From a virus: a DNA stretch of 64,000 nt. A program made the translations under genes and the position numbers. Positions within the stretch are counted from its first letter, which is position 1. Each line of letters starts with the position of its first letter. Shown piece after piece: positions 45,359-54,563 of the stretch. A model generated the notes under the pieces. That model saw only the letters and a list, made by a program, of their open reading frames with translations. It had not been told where the DNA came from and did not search any database. Location: positions 1 to 64,000 of the IMG/VR virus record IMGVR_UViG_3300030419_005541; one strand, 5' to 3'.

Positions 45359-46386
45359 AGTTATATTTAGTTGATTTAGAACCTATCGAAAAACGATACA
45401 CTAAACAATGGCAAGAATGGATACCTAAATTAGTAAAGAAGTATGGTGGTAAGAAATTTGATGTAGAAACTATTTCAGGTAAATCAGATGGTGAAATTAA
45501 ATCAGGACAATTTCTTGATATTAACAGAACACAAACTTATAAAAGTGAACAGATAATAGAGATTGCTAATTTGTTCGAAGAAGGTAAAGTTAGTGATGGT
45601 GATGTATTTTTATTTTATGATGGTTGGCATTATGGTATACAGGCTTTACGTTATATGTCTCAATGTCAAGATATCGATGTAAAGATATATGCTATATGGC
45701 ACGCGGGTACTTACGATGAGTGGGATTTATTGGCACAGAAAGGTCTTGGATATTGGGGTGCTAATTTTGAGCGTTCTTTATTTGAAGCAACTGATGGTGT
45801 ATTCTCTTCTACAGAATTTCATAAAAATTTGATATCGACTACTCGTAATGTTCCGGCTGAGAAAATACACGTAACAGGATATCCTTTCTCACACGATTGG
45901 TTAAAAGATTATGATACATCTAAGAAAGAAAACATTGTTGTCTTTCCACACAGGACTGCTCCTGAAAAAAGACACGATATCTTTTTAGAGATTGCAAAGA
46001 AAATGAAAAAGTCAAAAATAGAATTTATAACTACTACAGATGTAACAGAAACAAAAGATGATTATTATAAATTATTAGCTAAATCAAAAGTTAGTTGGTC
46101 AGGTGGTTTACAAGAAACTTGTGGTATATCTACTTTTGAAAGTATGTGGTTAGGTAATATCGTAATGGTTCCGGATAGATTATCTTATCAAGAAATGTAT
46201 TTTGATATGTTTAAATATGAACCGCATTTAGATTCTGATGTAGATACACAATGTCAAATGATTCAATTTGCTATAGAAAATTATGATGAATATGTAGATT
46301 CTATAAAAGAAAATGCAGAAAAATTAAAAGATGAACAAGGTCCTACAGCAGTACAAAGAATGTTAAAAATTATATCGGAGGCGTAA
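45355..46386 (+). CDS. GT-B fold glycosyltransferase
   Basis: VFPHR.APEK, LQET.GI...E...LG....VPDRLSY.E (GT4-like C-lobe). Confidence 0.8.
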   Translation: MKLYLVDLEPIEKRYTKQWQEWIPKLVKKYGGKKFDVETISGKSDGEIKSGQFLDINRTQTYKSEQIIEIANLFEEGKVSDGDVFLFYDGWHYGIQALRYMSQCQDIDVKIYAIWHAGTYDEWDLLAQKGLGYWGANFERSLFEATDGVFSSTEFHKNLISTTRNVPAEKIHVTGYPFSHDWLKDYDTSKKENIVVFPHRTAPEKRHDIFLEIAKKMKKSKIEFITTTDVTETKDDYYKLLAKSKVSWSGGLQETCGISTFESMWLGNIVMVPDRLSYQEMYFDMFKYEPHLDSDVDTQCQMIQFAIENYDEYVDSIKENAEKLKDEQGPTAVQRMLKIISEA

Positions 46387-47600
46387 TGAACAAAAAGATT
46401 GGTAAATTTAAATACTTCCCTTCTTTCTCAGCAGGTGAGTTCGGACACGGGTTATTAAAGAATCATAAATTTAAAGATGAACTAACTTGTAGATTTTATA
46501 CAGAAGAGTTTCCTGAAGAATTTAGATATACAGATTTTTTAATTACAGCAGGTGCTCATAGGACACGTAAAGATTTCTATAATGAATTAGGATTCAAACG
46601 TGACACAAATCTAATTATGGGTGACTCAGGTGGTTATCAAATAGCATCAGGTGCAATCAAATGGAAACCTGAGTTGAAGACTCAAGTATTTGAATGGTTA
46701 GAAAACAATTCTGATATTGCTATGAATCTTGATATACCACCAAGATTAAAATACACAGGTAAGTTCAGAGAGTGTTTTGATATTTCAATGGAAAACTTTA
46801 AATACTTTAATGAGAATCAATCAGGTAGAACTAAATTCTTAAATGTATTACAAGGTGAAGATGATACTACATATCAAGAATGGTATAACGCTGTAAAAGG
46901 ATTTGACTTTCAAGGTTGGTCTATTGGTGGTACTGCAGGTGACATATTTAGATTTATGGCAAGTGTATGTACTCTATTAGAAGGTAGAGAACACGAAAAG
47001 AAATCAAATGAGTATCTACATATTTTAGGTACATCACGTATTCAAGATTTCTTTATGTTATTACAATTACAGAAGTCACTTGAAGATGTAGGTTCTAATT
47101 TAGTAATTACTACTGATTCATCTACTCCGGACAGAGCAGTTGTGTTTGGTTTGTATTATACTTCTTTCTCTTTTAAAGATGCAAGATTCGAAGCATTTAA
47201 TATGCCAAGAGAAAAACATCTACCTGAGATGCCTCAGATGTTAGATGAATTAAAAACACAAAATCTGATTGGTGTAAATGACTTCGATAGATTTATTGAG
47301 AAATGGGCTGATATGAGAGATGTATGTGATTGGAATTGGGATGGTCAGTTTAGAATGAGACTACATAACTTTTATTTGTTCTTAGATACTATTGAACTGA
47401 TTGAACAATCAATATATGGTATCAGACATAACTTAGAACAAATGATACCTAAAGAATTAGCTCAAGTGTTAAGGTCTATTGATGAAATGGTTAAATCAGA
47501 TAACCCTCGTAAAGTATTTGATAGATATAAAAAATTATACAACAAAGTTTCTAATGTAAAGAAAAGTCTTGTTGTAAAAGAAAATAACTTTTTTGGATAA
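46386..47600 (+). CDS. dpdA: TGT-fold transglycosylase, DpdA(3)-like
   Basis: DSGGYQ, MNLDIP, LNVLQG, GWSIGG, HILG, TDSS; context of folE/queD/queE. Confidence 0.8.
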   Translation: MNKKIGKFKYFPSFSAGEFGHGLLKNHKFKDELTCRFYTEEFPEEFRYTDFLITAGAHRTRKDFYNELGFKRDTNLIMGDSGGYQIASGAIKWKPELKTQVFEWLENNSDIAMNLDIPPRLKYTGKFRECFDISMENFKYFNENQSGRTKFLNVLQGEDDTTYQEWYNAVKGFDFQGWSIGGTAGDIFRFMASVCTLLEGREHEKKSNEYLHILGTSRIQDFFMLLQLQKSLEDVGSNLVITTDSSTPDRAVVFGLYYTSFSFKDARFEAFNMPREKHLPEMPQMLDELKTQNLIGVNDFDRFIEKWADMRDVCDWNWDGQFRMRLHNFYLFLDTIELIEQSIYGIRHNLEQMIPKELAQVLRSIDEMVKSDNPRKVFDRYKKLYNKVSNVKKSLVVKENNFFG

Positions 47601-47609
47601 GGAAATAAA

Positions 47610-48410
47610 ATGAAATTAAAAGTAGACGACTTACAAGAACGTATGCAGTATATTCGTGACCACGTTGAGGCTTTCAACACGGAAGAACGTACTGATGCGT
47701 TAAATAAAATGTATGACCATTTTGAAGAACGTATGATGTTAGCTCCTGCTTCATCTACAGATTATTTTCATAACTCTTGGCCTGGTGGATATATAGACCA
47801 CGTTATGAATATAACTGAAGCAGGTAAAAAATTGTTTGAACTTTATAAAGACTTTGGCTTTAAACTATCATACGATTTAGATTCTGTAGTGTTCTGTACG
47901 ATGCACCACGACTTAGGTAAACTTGGTAGTCTTGATGAAGACTATTACAGACCTAATCCTTCTGAATGGCATAGAATCAATCAAGGTAAGATGTACGAAG
48001 TCAATCCTAACTTACACAATATGACCGTTACTGATAGAGCAGTTTATACGTTGAGTCAATTTGGTGTAACATATTCTGAACAAGAGTATTTAGGATTAAG
48101 ACTTGCAGATGGTATGTACGAAGAAGGTAACAAAGCATATTTGATGGGATTCGGTGAATCTAAAAAAATAAAAACAAATATTGCTCAGTTAGTACATCAA
48201 GCAGATATGATTGCAACTCGTTATGAGATGGAACGTTATATGTTTAGTGATGATGCTAACATACCTTATGCTGATATTTTAGGTATTGAAAAAGACGAAC
48301 CGGTTGAAGTTAAAGAAGAAGTAAAGAAGATTGAAAAGAAAGAAAAACCTAAAGTAGATAAGGATTACAAGAACCAATTATTTGAAGACTTATTTGGAGA
48401 TAAAAAATGA
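47610..48410 (+). CDS. HD-domain phosphohydrolase (YhaM-like)
   Basis: APAS...H...GG...H, HHDLGK, HQAD. Confidence 0.85.
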   Translation: MKLKVDDLQERMQYIRDHVEAFNTEERTDALNKMYDHFEERMMLAPASSTDYFHNSWPGGYIDHVMNITEAGKKLFELYKDFGFKLSYDLDSVVFCTMHHDLGKLGSLDEDYYRPNPSEWHRINQGKMYEVNPNLHNMTVTDRAVYTLSQFGVTYSEQEYLGLRLADGMYEEGNKAYLMGFGESKKIKTNIAQLVHQADMIATRYEMERYMFSDDANIPYADILGIEKDEPVEVKEEVKKIEKKEKPKVDKDYKNQLFEDLFGDKK

Positions 48411-48673
48411 TTATTGAAGGAATATTAGGTATACTATTAATTACAAGTATAACCGCTAATCTAATTCAACTGAAACGACAAGAGACTTTAGAGTCTTGGT
48501 TTGAGGAGATGTCAATAGATTTAAATCAAGTACAATCAGAAATAAAAATAATTGATGAAAAAGAATGGTTTGAAAAAGATGATGAAGTAGGTGATACTTT
48601 CAGACAATTAAAAGAAACAATTAACAAATTAGATAAATTCACAGGAGTAGAAGACGATGCCGAAGAAGCGTAG
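48407..48673 (+). CDS. Small membrane-anchored coiled-coil protein
   Basis: N-terminal TM; FEKDDEVG. Confidence 0.65.
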   Translation: MIIEGILGILLITSITANLIQLKRQETLESWFEEMSIDLNQVQSEIKIIDEKEWFEKDDEVGDTFRQLKETINKLDKFTGVEDDAEEA

Positions 48674-49382
48674 AAAGAAAAGTAAAATGTATTTTGGTCA
48701 AGTGACCGAAGATGCGATAGTAAAGTATAACTCAATGGAACCAGGTGACCCTGAAAGAGATAAACTTTTTACAGAAAAAATTTATGCACCTATTAGAAAG
48801 ATTGCAGAAAATTTAATTCATACTTATAAATTTTATTACTTTGACAATCCTACTGAAGAAGTAATAGATGAAGTAGTTGCTAATATGGTTATTAATATGC
48901 ACAAGTATAAACAAGATAAAGGTAAAGCCTTTAGTTACTTTTCTGTAGTTGCTAAAAATTATTTAATTTTAAATAACAATAAGAATTATAAGATGGGTAA
49001 AATTCACGACCAACTTGATGTTATGGATTTCAACAGAAAGACAACTGAAGAAAAAAATATGGTTGATGTTACTGATTTTAAATTTGAAGTATTTAATCAA
49101 ATGTATCAGTATTGGGAAGATAATTTTATGCGTATCTTTAAAAAGAAAAAAGATTTAGCAGTAGTAGATGCTATATTATATCTAATGAAGAACAATAAAA
49201 GTATTGAGAACTTCAATAAGAAAGCACTCTATATCTTAATTCGTGAGATGAGTGGTTCTAATACTCAACACATAACAAGAGTTATAAATGCGATGAAACG
49301 TAAACAAAACGCATTAATTCGTGACTTTAGAGATAAAGGTATAGCATTTAAACAAAATGCTACCGGTTCTGTATTCACATAA
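48657..49382 (+). CDS. Late-transcription sigma factor (T4 gp55-like)
   Basis: KIAENL, HKY....GKAFSYFSVVAKNY resembling sigma region 2 of gp55; directly precedes the structural module. Confidence 0.7.
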   Translation: MPKKRRKKSKMYFGQVTEDAIVKYNSMEPGDPERDKLFTEKIYAPIRKIAENLIHTYKFYYFDNPTEEVIDEVVANMVINMHKYKQDKGKAFSYFSVVAKNYLILNNNKNYKMGKIHDQLDVMDFNRKTTEEKNMVDVTDFKFEVFNQMYQYWEDNFMRIFKKKKDLAVVDAILYLMKNNKSIENFNKKALYILIREMSGSNTQHITRVINAMKRKQNALIRDFRDKGIAFKQNATGSVFT

Positions 49383-49416
49383 ACACATAAAAAACGTATC
49401 TTTCTTGATTAATATA

Positions 49417-49423
49417 TATTTAT
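49417..49423 (+). promoter_or_regulatory. Putative late promoter TATTTAT at the start of the structural module
   Basis: TATTTA(T/A) also sits before starts at 1015, 5585, 7501, 9035, 9768, 12633, 19937, 23818, 25395, 62832. Confidence 0.55.
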
Positions 49424-49444
49424 TATTAATTAAGGAAGATACAT

Positions 49445-49846
49445 ATGTCAGATTCTTATGAAGTTTTTGAAGGCAAATCCTTAGCGGATGTCTTCAAAGA
49501 TATCTATACAAATTCGGAAGAAAACAAAAAACAAATAGAAGTCCTAATGAAGGACTTGTTAAAATTTGTTACAGATACTGCATCTGCAGTTGCACTCGTG
49601 CCTATCCTAAAAGATTATCTTGATGTTGCTGTAAAAAACGATGAGCAGTTAATTAAAGTAGCGGCTATTGTTCAAAAACTTGCAAGTGCAGAAGCTAAAG
49701 GTTCAGATAGTGAGTTTGGATTAAGTGAACTTGAAAAAGAACAACTTATGTCCGGTCTATCAGATTCTATTGCAGAGATACAGGAAGAGAGCGATAGAAT
49801 AAATGAGGATATAGATTCTAAACAATCTAAGTTTCCGGAGAGTTAG
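49445..49846 (+). CDS. Conserved phage hypothetical protein
   Basis: YLDVAVKNDEQLIK.A.IVQ. Confidence 0.7.
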   Translation: MSDSYEVFEGKSLADVFKDIYTNSEENKKQIEVLMKDLLKFVTDTASAVALVPILKDYLDVAVKNDEQLIKVAAIVQKLASAEAKGSDSEFGLSELEKEQLMSGLSDSIAEIQEESDRINEDIDSKQSKFPES

Positions 49847-49848
49847 TA

Positions 49849-51072
49849 ATGTCTACTAATAAGTCTTACAAAGATAGTGGCATTCTAAACTTTGACCGAG
49901 CATATCATTTTGTAAAAAATGAAATAGCAAGTTTAAAAAACTCTATTCAAAATATAAAACCTAAAGTTCCGTTCGGAAAAGTTAAGAGTGAAAACAAACC
50001 TGAAGATGCTCAATCAATAGTATCTGTACAGAATCTTGAAGAGAATACAAATAAACCAGCTAAGCCATCATCATTTCATTTCATATCAGTTCCTACAGCA
50101 GGTGAGTTTGTTCCTATTTACAATTATAAAGATGATATTTTTTACGGAAACTCTTTACCTATATTTGACTCATTAGTTAATAACGCAAAAGTATTACCTA
50201 AAGGAAGCAAACGATTTAAACCTGATTTTTCAATTAATCCTTTACAAGTAACACCTGGCGATGTAGTTGTACAAGGTAGATATGGTCACGGTATGATGTT
50301 TAGTGATGCTAAAGGCCAACCAACTTTTAGAATTGGTAATTCATTTAGAAGTAGACCTAAAGAAGATGTAGACCAATTTCTTAGTGATACACCTGTCTTA
50401 CAAAAAAAGATACGTTCAGATGTGAGTATGCCTATTTTTTATAATCCTAATATAGATGGTAGTTCTTTTTATATGTTAAAAAGAATACCTGCGGGTGTAG
50501 ACTTAGATAGTGAAACCGTTTTAGCTAAAAAGAAACATTATACAGATTATAAAGATAATGTATTACGACAAACTTTTAATGATTGGGATGGTCGTTCAGA
50601 TTCAAAAATATTTATGTCTTCAGATTCATTATTGTTTTATACAAAAGGATTAAATAATAATTCAGGTCACGATATCTCAATGTTATCATCAGGAAATATT
50701 TTTCTAAATTCTTTTAGAAATGTATTTATTACTACACCGGAAATAACTTACAAAGACAATGATGTAAATATTCCGGAAGGACGTATTTCTTTAGGTAGTC
50801 ACAGAGACCCTGGCACTTCACCAAACTCTGTAGTACAACCGGTGGTAAGAGGATTAAATTATCAAGAAACAATAAGTGACATTTTAGATACATTAAAATT
50901 TATAACTGAAAATTTTAAAAATCTTGCTGATGGTGGTGTAGCAGTAGATAAAGATGGTAGTGCGGTAACAGGAGATGCGCAGGCTCCTATAATAAATTTA
51001 CTTAACGACAAGATAGATAGTATACAAGATAAATTAAATAATGATTTAAGTAAAAAGGTATTTACAACATAA
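49849..51072 (+). CDS. Putative baseplate hub/spike (gp5/Vgr-like)
   Basis: GDVVVQGRYG, short beta-repeats, QPVVRG, LSKKVFT; position upstream of gp25. Confidence 0.55.
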   Translation: MSTNKSYKDSGILNFDRAYHFVKNEIASLKNSIQNIKPKVPFGKVKSENKPEDAQSIVSVQNLEENTNKPAKPSSFHFISVPTAGEFVPIYNYKDDIFYGNSLPIFDSLVNNAKVLPKGSKRFKPDFSINPLQVTPGDVVVQGRYGHGMMFSDAKGQPTFRIGNSFRSRPKEDVDQFLSDTPVLQKKIRSDVSMPIFYNPNIDGSSFYMLKRIPAGVDLDSETVLAKKKHYTDYKDNVLRQTFNDWDGRSDSKIFMSSDSLLFYTKGLNNNSGHDISMLSSGNIFLNSFRNVFITTPEITYKDNDVNIPEGRISLGSHRDPGTSPNSVVQPVVRGLNYQETISDILDTLKFITENFKNLADGGVAVDKDGSAVTGDAQAPIINLLNDKIDSIQDKLNNDLSKKVFTT

Positions 51073-51731
51073 TGGGACTAACAAAACCAATATTAGATAA
51101 GGTAATGCAACCTATTGACTCTATACGTGAGTATAAAGATAATGAAATACCTAAAATGCAAAAAGAAGCTGATGAAGGTAGAACACCACCCAATCTTGAT
51201 AAAGATATTGAGAGAATGGAAAAATTTAAAAAGTTAGCTGAAAAAATACCACCACTTGTTAGAACGGTACGAAATGCTATTGTTGCGATTGAAACTGCTA
51301 AGGCAATCGCAGAAGCAGCTAAAGATGCGGGTAAGATTGGTTCCGCATTAGTTCCGCCTGTAGCGGCCGCAGGAGTTCTACAAGAAAAAATTGTAGAGAA
51401 AGTAAAAGAAGAATTAGCTAAAGCAAAAGCAGAATTACCTGTTGTATCTTTAGTAACAAAAGAATTAAAAGGATTAGCAATAGCAGTCTTAATAGCTTTA
51501 TTAGCTATAAAAGTAAAGAATGGTAAAAAAGGTGCCGGTGATGGAAGCGATGGTGATAAGACTGCGCAAGATGAATTAGATGCGTTATTATCAGAACAAC
51601 AAGATATATTAGAAAGTGATGATGACGATGACGGCACAGGCGTCACAAGAATTGTAAGAACAACAACTGCTACAGGTACAACGAGTACAGGCGGAATCGG
51701 TGGAGGTTCCGGTGGTGGCGGTGGATATTAA
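51072..51731 (+). CDS. Helical structural-module protein with Gly-rich GY tail
   Basis: 219 aa, ends GGGSGGGGGY. Confidence 0.65.
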   Translation: MGLTKPILDKVMQPIDSIREYKDNEIPKMQKEADEGRTPPNLDKDIERMEKFKKLAEKIPPLVRTVRNAIVAIETAKAIAEAAKDAGKIGSALVPPVAAAGVLQEKIVEKVKEELAKAKAELPVVSLVTKELKGLAIAVLIALLAIKVKNGKKGAGDGSDGDKTAQDELDALLSEQQDILESDDDDDGTGVTRIVRTTTATGTTSTGGIGGGSGGGGGY

Positions 51732-51746
51732 CATACAGGAGTTAAA

Positions 51747-52103
51747 ATGAAGGCAAACGAGTTAAAGAAAATAATCAATAGATTAGTTAGTGAAGAAGTC
51801 AAAAAACAACTCGGCGAGATATTTATTAATGAAATTAAGTCTAAAAGGTCTACGCCAATTCAAGAGTCTGTTGAGACAAAAGAAGAATATCCAACAATGG
51901 GTGGAAAAACTTTCACGACAAATGATATGGCTGATTTATTAGGCTATGGTGATTTGAAACCAAACGGAGGCGGTATGAGTAATGCAGGTGTAGCAGAGAT
52001 AGCCCAAAAAGCAGGAGTAGCACCTGACCAAGTAGACCCTGACGTACAGAAAGCAATCACTAAAGATTATCGTGAACTTATGAATAAAATGAATAATAAA
52101 TGA
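51747..52103 (+). CDS. Hypothetical late protein
   Basis: MKANELKKII..LV.EEV, TKDYRELM. Confidence 0.65.
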   Translation: MKANELKKIINRLVSEEVKKQLGEIFINEIKSKRSTPIQESVETKEEYPTMGGKTFTTNDMADLLGYGDLKPNGGGMSNAGVAEIAQKAGVAPDQVDPDVQKAITKDYRELMNKMNNK

Positions 52104-52567
52104 GTATCAAAGAAATAGATTTAAATCCGGATAAACAATTTGGAATTGGGTTTCCTCTAAACTATGATAGACAGAGCTATGGGTTCTTTAAACAAAATAG
52201 AACTTATTATCAACAATTACAAGATAATATTAAAAATCTTATAATGACTAAAATAGGTGAGAGACCCGGTAATGTTAGATTTGGATGTCGTATACACGAA
52301 GTTATTTTTGAAGCAAACGAACCTGGTGTACTAAAAACTAAAATTGAAGAATCAATAAAAGAAGCATTATTTAATTGGATGCCTCACGTTAAGTTGATAG
52401 ACACTCGTGTTTCTTCTAATAATAATACTTTAAATATAGCGGCACAATTTTCTTCTGATTTTAATGAAGGTATAATAGAACAAGTTTTAGAGTTCAATAA
52501 TACTTTTAGTGAAAGTGGAGAAACAGGAGACAATACAACAACCGGCGGTACCGGAGGCGGGTATTAA
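52100..52567 (+). CDS. Baseplate wedge protein gp25-like
   Basis: GIGFPL, NIKNLIMT..GER...FGC.I...IFE, W.P.V. Confidence 0.9.
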   Translation: MSIKEIDLNPDKQFGIGFPLNYDRQSYGFFKQNRTYYQQLQDNIKNLIMTKIGERPGNVRFGCRIHEVIFEANEPGVLKTKIEESIKEALFNWMPHVKLIDTRVSSNNNTLNIAAQFSSDFNEGIIEQVLEFNNTFSESGETGDNTTTGGTGGGY

Positions 52568-52577
52568 GGAGAATTAA

Positions 52578-54554
52578 ATGGCTCAAGCAGTAAAACAAAA
52601 AGAAGTCAAATATCTTAACAAAGATTTTAATCAGTTTAAAGAATCATTAATAGAACACGCAAAGACTTACTTTCCTAATTCTTATAATGACTTCAATGAA
52701 GCGTCTCCTGGTATGATGTTTATTGAAATGGCCGCATATGTTGGTGATGTTCTTTCTTATTATGTAGATAATCAATTTAAAGAATCTTTGTTAGCATACG
52801 CAGAAGAAACTAAAAGTGTTTATCAAATTGCACAAGCTATGGGATATAAACCAAGACTTGTTTCTGCCGCAAATGCTTCAGTAGATGTATTTCAAACGGT
52901 ACCGGCTATAGGTTCCGGTACAGACAATAGACCTGATTTAAGATTTGGTCAAGTTTTAAAAGCAGGTAGTGAATTTTCTTCTACTTCAGGAATAAAATTT
53001 TATTCAACTGAAGATGTTAGTTTTCAATATACATCAAGTGCTTCACCAATGACTATTAGTGTATATGAAAGTTCTGCTGGTTCACCTGTAAGTTACTTAT
53101 TAAAAAAACCTGTAACTGCTATGTCCGGTACTCAAAAATCAGAACAATTTGTTTTTAACAATGCAAAGAGATATGATAAAATAAGATTGTCACAAACAGG
53201 AATAACTGAAATAGTTTCTTGTACAGATAGTGATGGTAACTCTTGGTATGAAGTTCCTTTCTTAGCACAAGACACGGTTTTTATTGAATCAAACAATACA
53301 GCAGATTTGAGTCCACAAGATTCACAATTCGCAGATAAAGCTCCTTACTTATTAAAGTTAAAAAAGACTTCGAGAAGATTTACTACTTATATAACAACAG
53401 AAGGATTTACAGAGCTAAGATTTGGTGCGGGTAATAGTACTAATCCTGATGAAGAAATAATTCCAAATCCTGATAATGTTGGTTCAAGTTTACCGAGTGG
53501 TATAGCAAGTATAGATAGAACATTTGACCCAAGTAACTTTTTAAATACAAAAGCATACGGACTCGCACCGGCTAATACTACGTTAACTATAGTATATAGA
53601 TATGGTGGCGGATTAACTCACAATGTACAAGCTACTTCTATTAATAAAGTTACTAATGCTTTATTTGGGCCTCCAGCAGCTCCTAACTTATCTTCTCAAA
53701 TAATTAACTCCGTACAGAGTTCTATTGCTTGTTCAAACGAATTACCTGCCGCAGGCGGTCGTGGTCAAGAAAGTGTTCTTGAAGTAAAAGAAAATGCTCT
53801 TGCTTATTTTCAAGCACAAGGTAGAACTATAACTAAAGAAGATTATATGATGAGAGTATACACTATGCCATCACGATTTGGTAGTGTTGCGAAAGTTTAT
53901 ATTGTTCAAGATGAACAAATACAAGCAGGTAAAGATTTAGACCCTAACACAGGTGGTAAGGCAGGTAAGAATTTACCAACAGCTAACACAAGAGTAGCAA
54001 ATCCTTTAGCTCTGAATATGTATGTTTTAGGATATACTCAAACTAAAAAATTAACTACACTAAATAGTGTAGTAAAAAGAAATCTTGCAACTTATTTAAG
54101 TGAATATAGACCTGTTACAGATGCAGTAAATATTAAAGATGCTTACATTATAAATATTGGTATTAGATTTAGTATTGTAGCAAGAGTAGGATATAATAAA
54201 CAAGAAGTGTTATTAAGATGTATAGACGCAGTAAAATTATTTTTTGCACCTGACAAGTGGCAAATAAATCAACCAATTGTAACGCAAGATTTAATTCAAG
54301 ATATAGCATTAGTAGATGGTGTAGCATCAGTTGTACCACCTGTTGAAGACAATCCTGAAAAAAGTCAAATACTTGTTTTTAATCGTTATGAAAAAGGTTC
54401 AGGTTACTCAGGAAATATTTTTGATTTAGATTCTGCAACTAAAGATGGAGTTATTTACACTTCACTTGACCCAAGTATTTTTGAATTGAAGTTTCCTTCA
54501 AAAGACATTGAGGCAAATTGTGTAGGTGATTCTTCATCCGGCGCAGGATATTAG
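52578..54554 (+). CDS. Baseplate wedge protein (T4 gp6 / P2 gpJ-like)
   Basis: YLNKDF..FK..LIE.AK.YFP..YNDF.E.SPG..FIE.AAYVGDVLSYY.D, LRFG.G, GG...ES, Q.R..T.EDY. Confidence 0.9.
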   Translation: MAQAVKQKEVKYLNKDFNQFKESLIEHAKTYFPNSYNDFNEASPGMMFIEMAAYVGDVLSYYVDNQFKESLLAYAEETKSVYQIAQAMGYKPRLVSAANASVDVFQTVPAIGSGTDNRPDLRFGQVLKAGSEFSSTSGIKFYSTEDVSFQYTSSASPMTISVYESSAGSPVSYLLKKPVTAMSGTQKSEQFVFNNAKRYDKIRLSQTGITEIVSCTDSDGNSWYEVPFLAQDTVFIESNNTADLSPQDSQFADKAPYLLKLKKTSRRFTTYITTEGFTELRFGAGNSTNPDEEIIPNPDNVGSSLPSGIASIDRTFDPSNFLNTKAYGLAPANTTLTIVYRYGGGLTHNVQATSINKVTNALFGPPAAPNLSSQIINSVQSSIACSNELPAAGGRGQESVLEVKENALAYFQAQGRTITKEDYMMRVYTMPSRFGSVAKVYIVQDEQIQAGKDLDPNTGGKAGKNLPTANTRVANPLALNMYVLGYTQTKKLTTLNSVVKRNLATYLSEYRPVTDAVNIKDAYIINIGIRFSIVARVGYNKQEVLLRCIDAVKLFFAPDKWQINQPIVTQDLIQDIALVDGVASVVPPVEDNPEKSQILVFNRYEKGSGYSGNIFDLDSATKDGVIYTSLDPSIFELKFPSKDIEANCVGDSSSGAGY

Positions 54555-54563
54555 GAGTAAACA

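Noticed and set aside
46386-47600. tRNA-guanine transglycosylase (tgt) for queuosine
   Set aside because: Lacks the CxCxxC...H Zn motif and the N-terminal TPxFMPVGT of bacterial Tgt; context fits the DNA-related DpdA family
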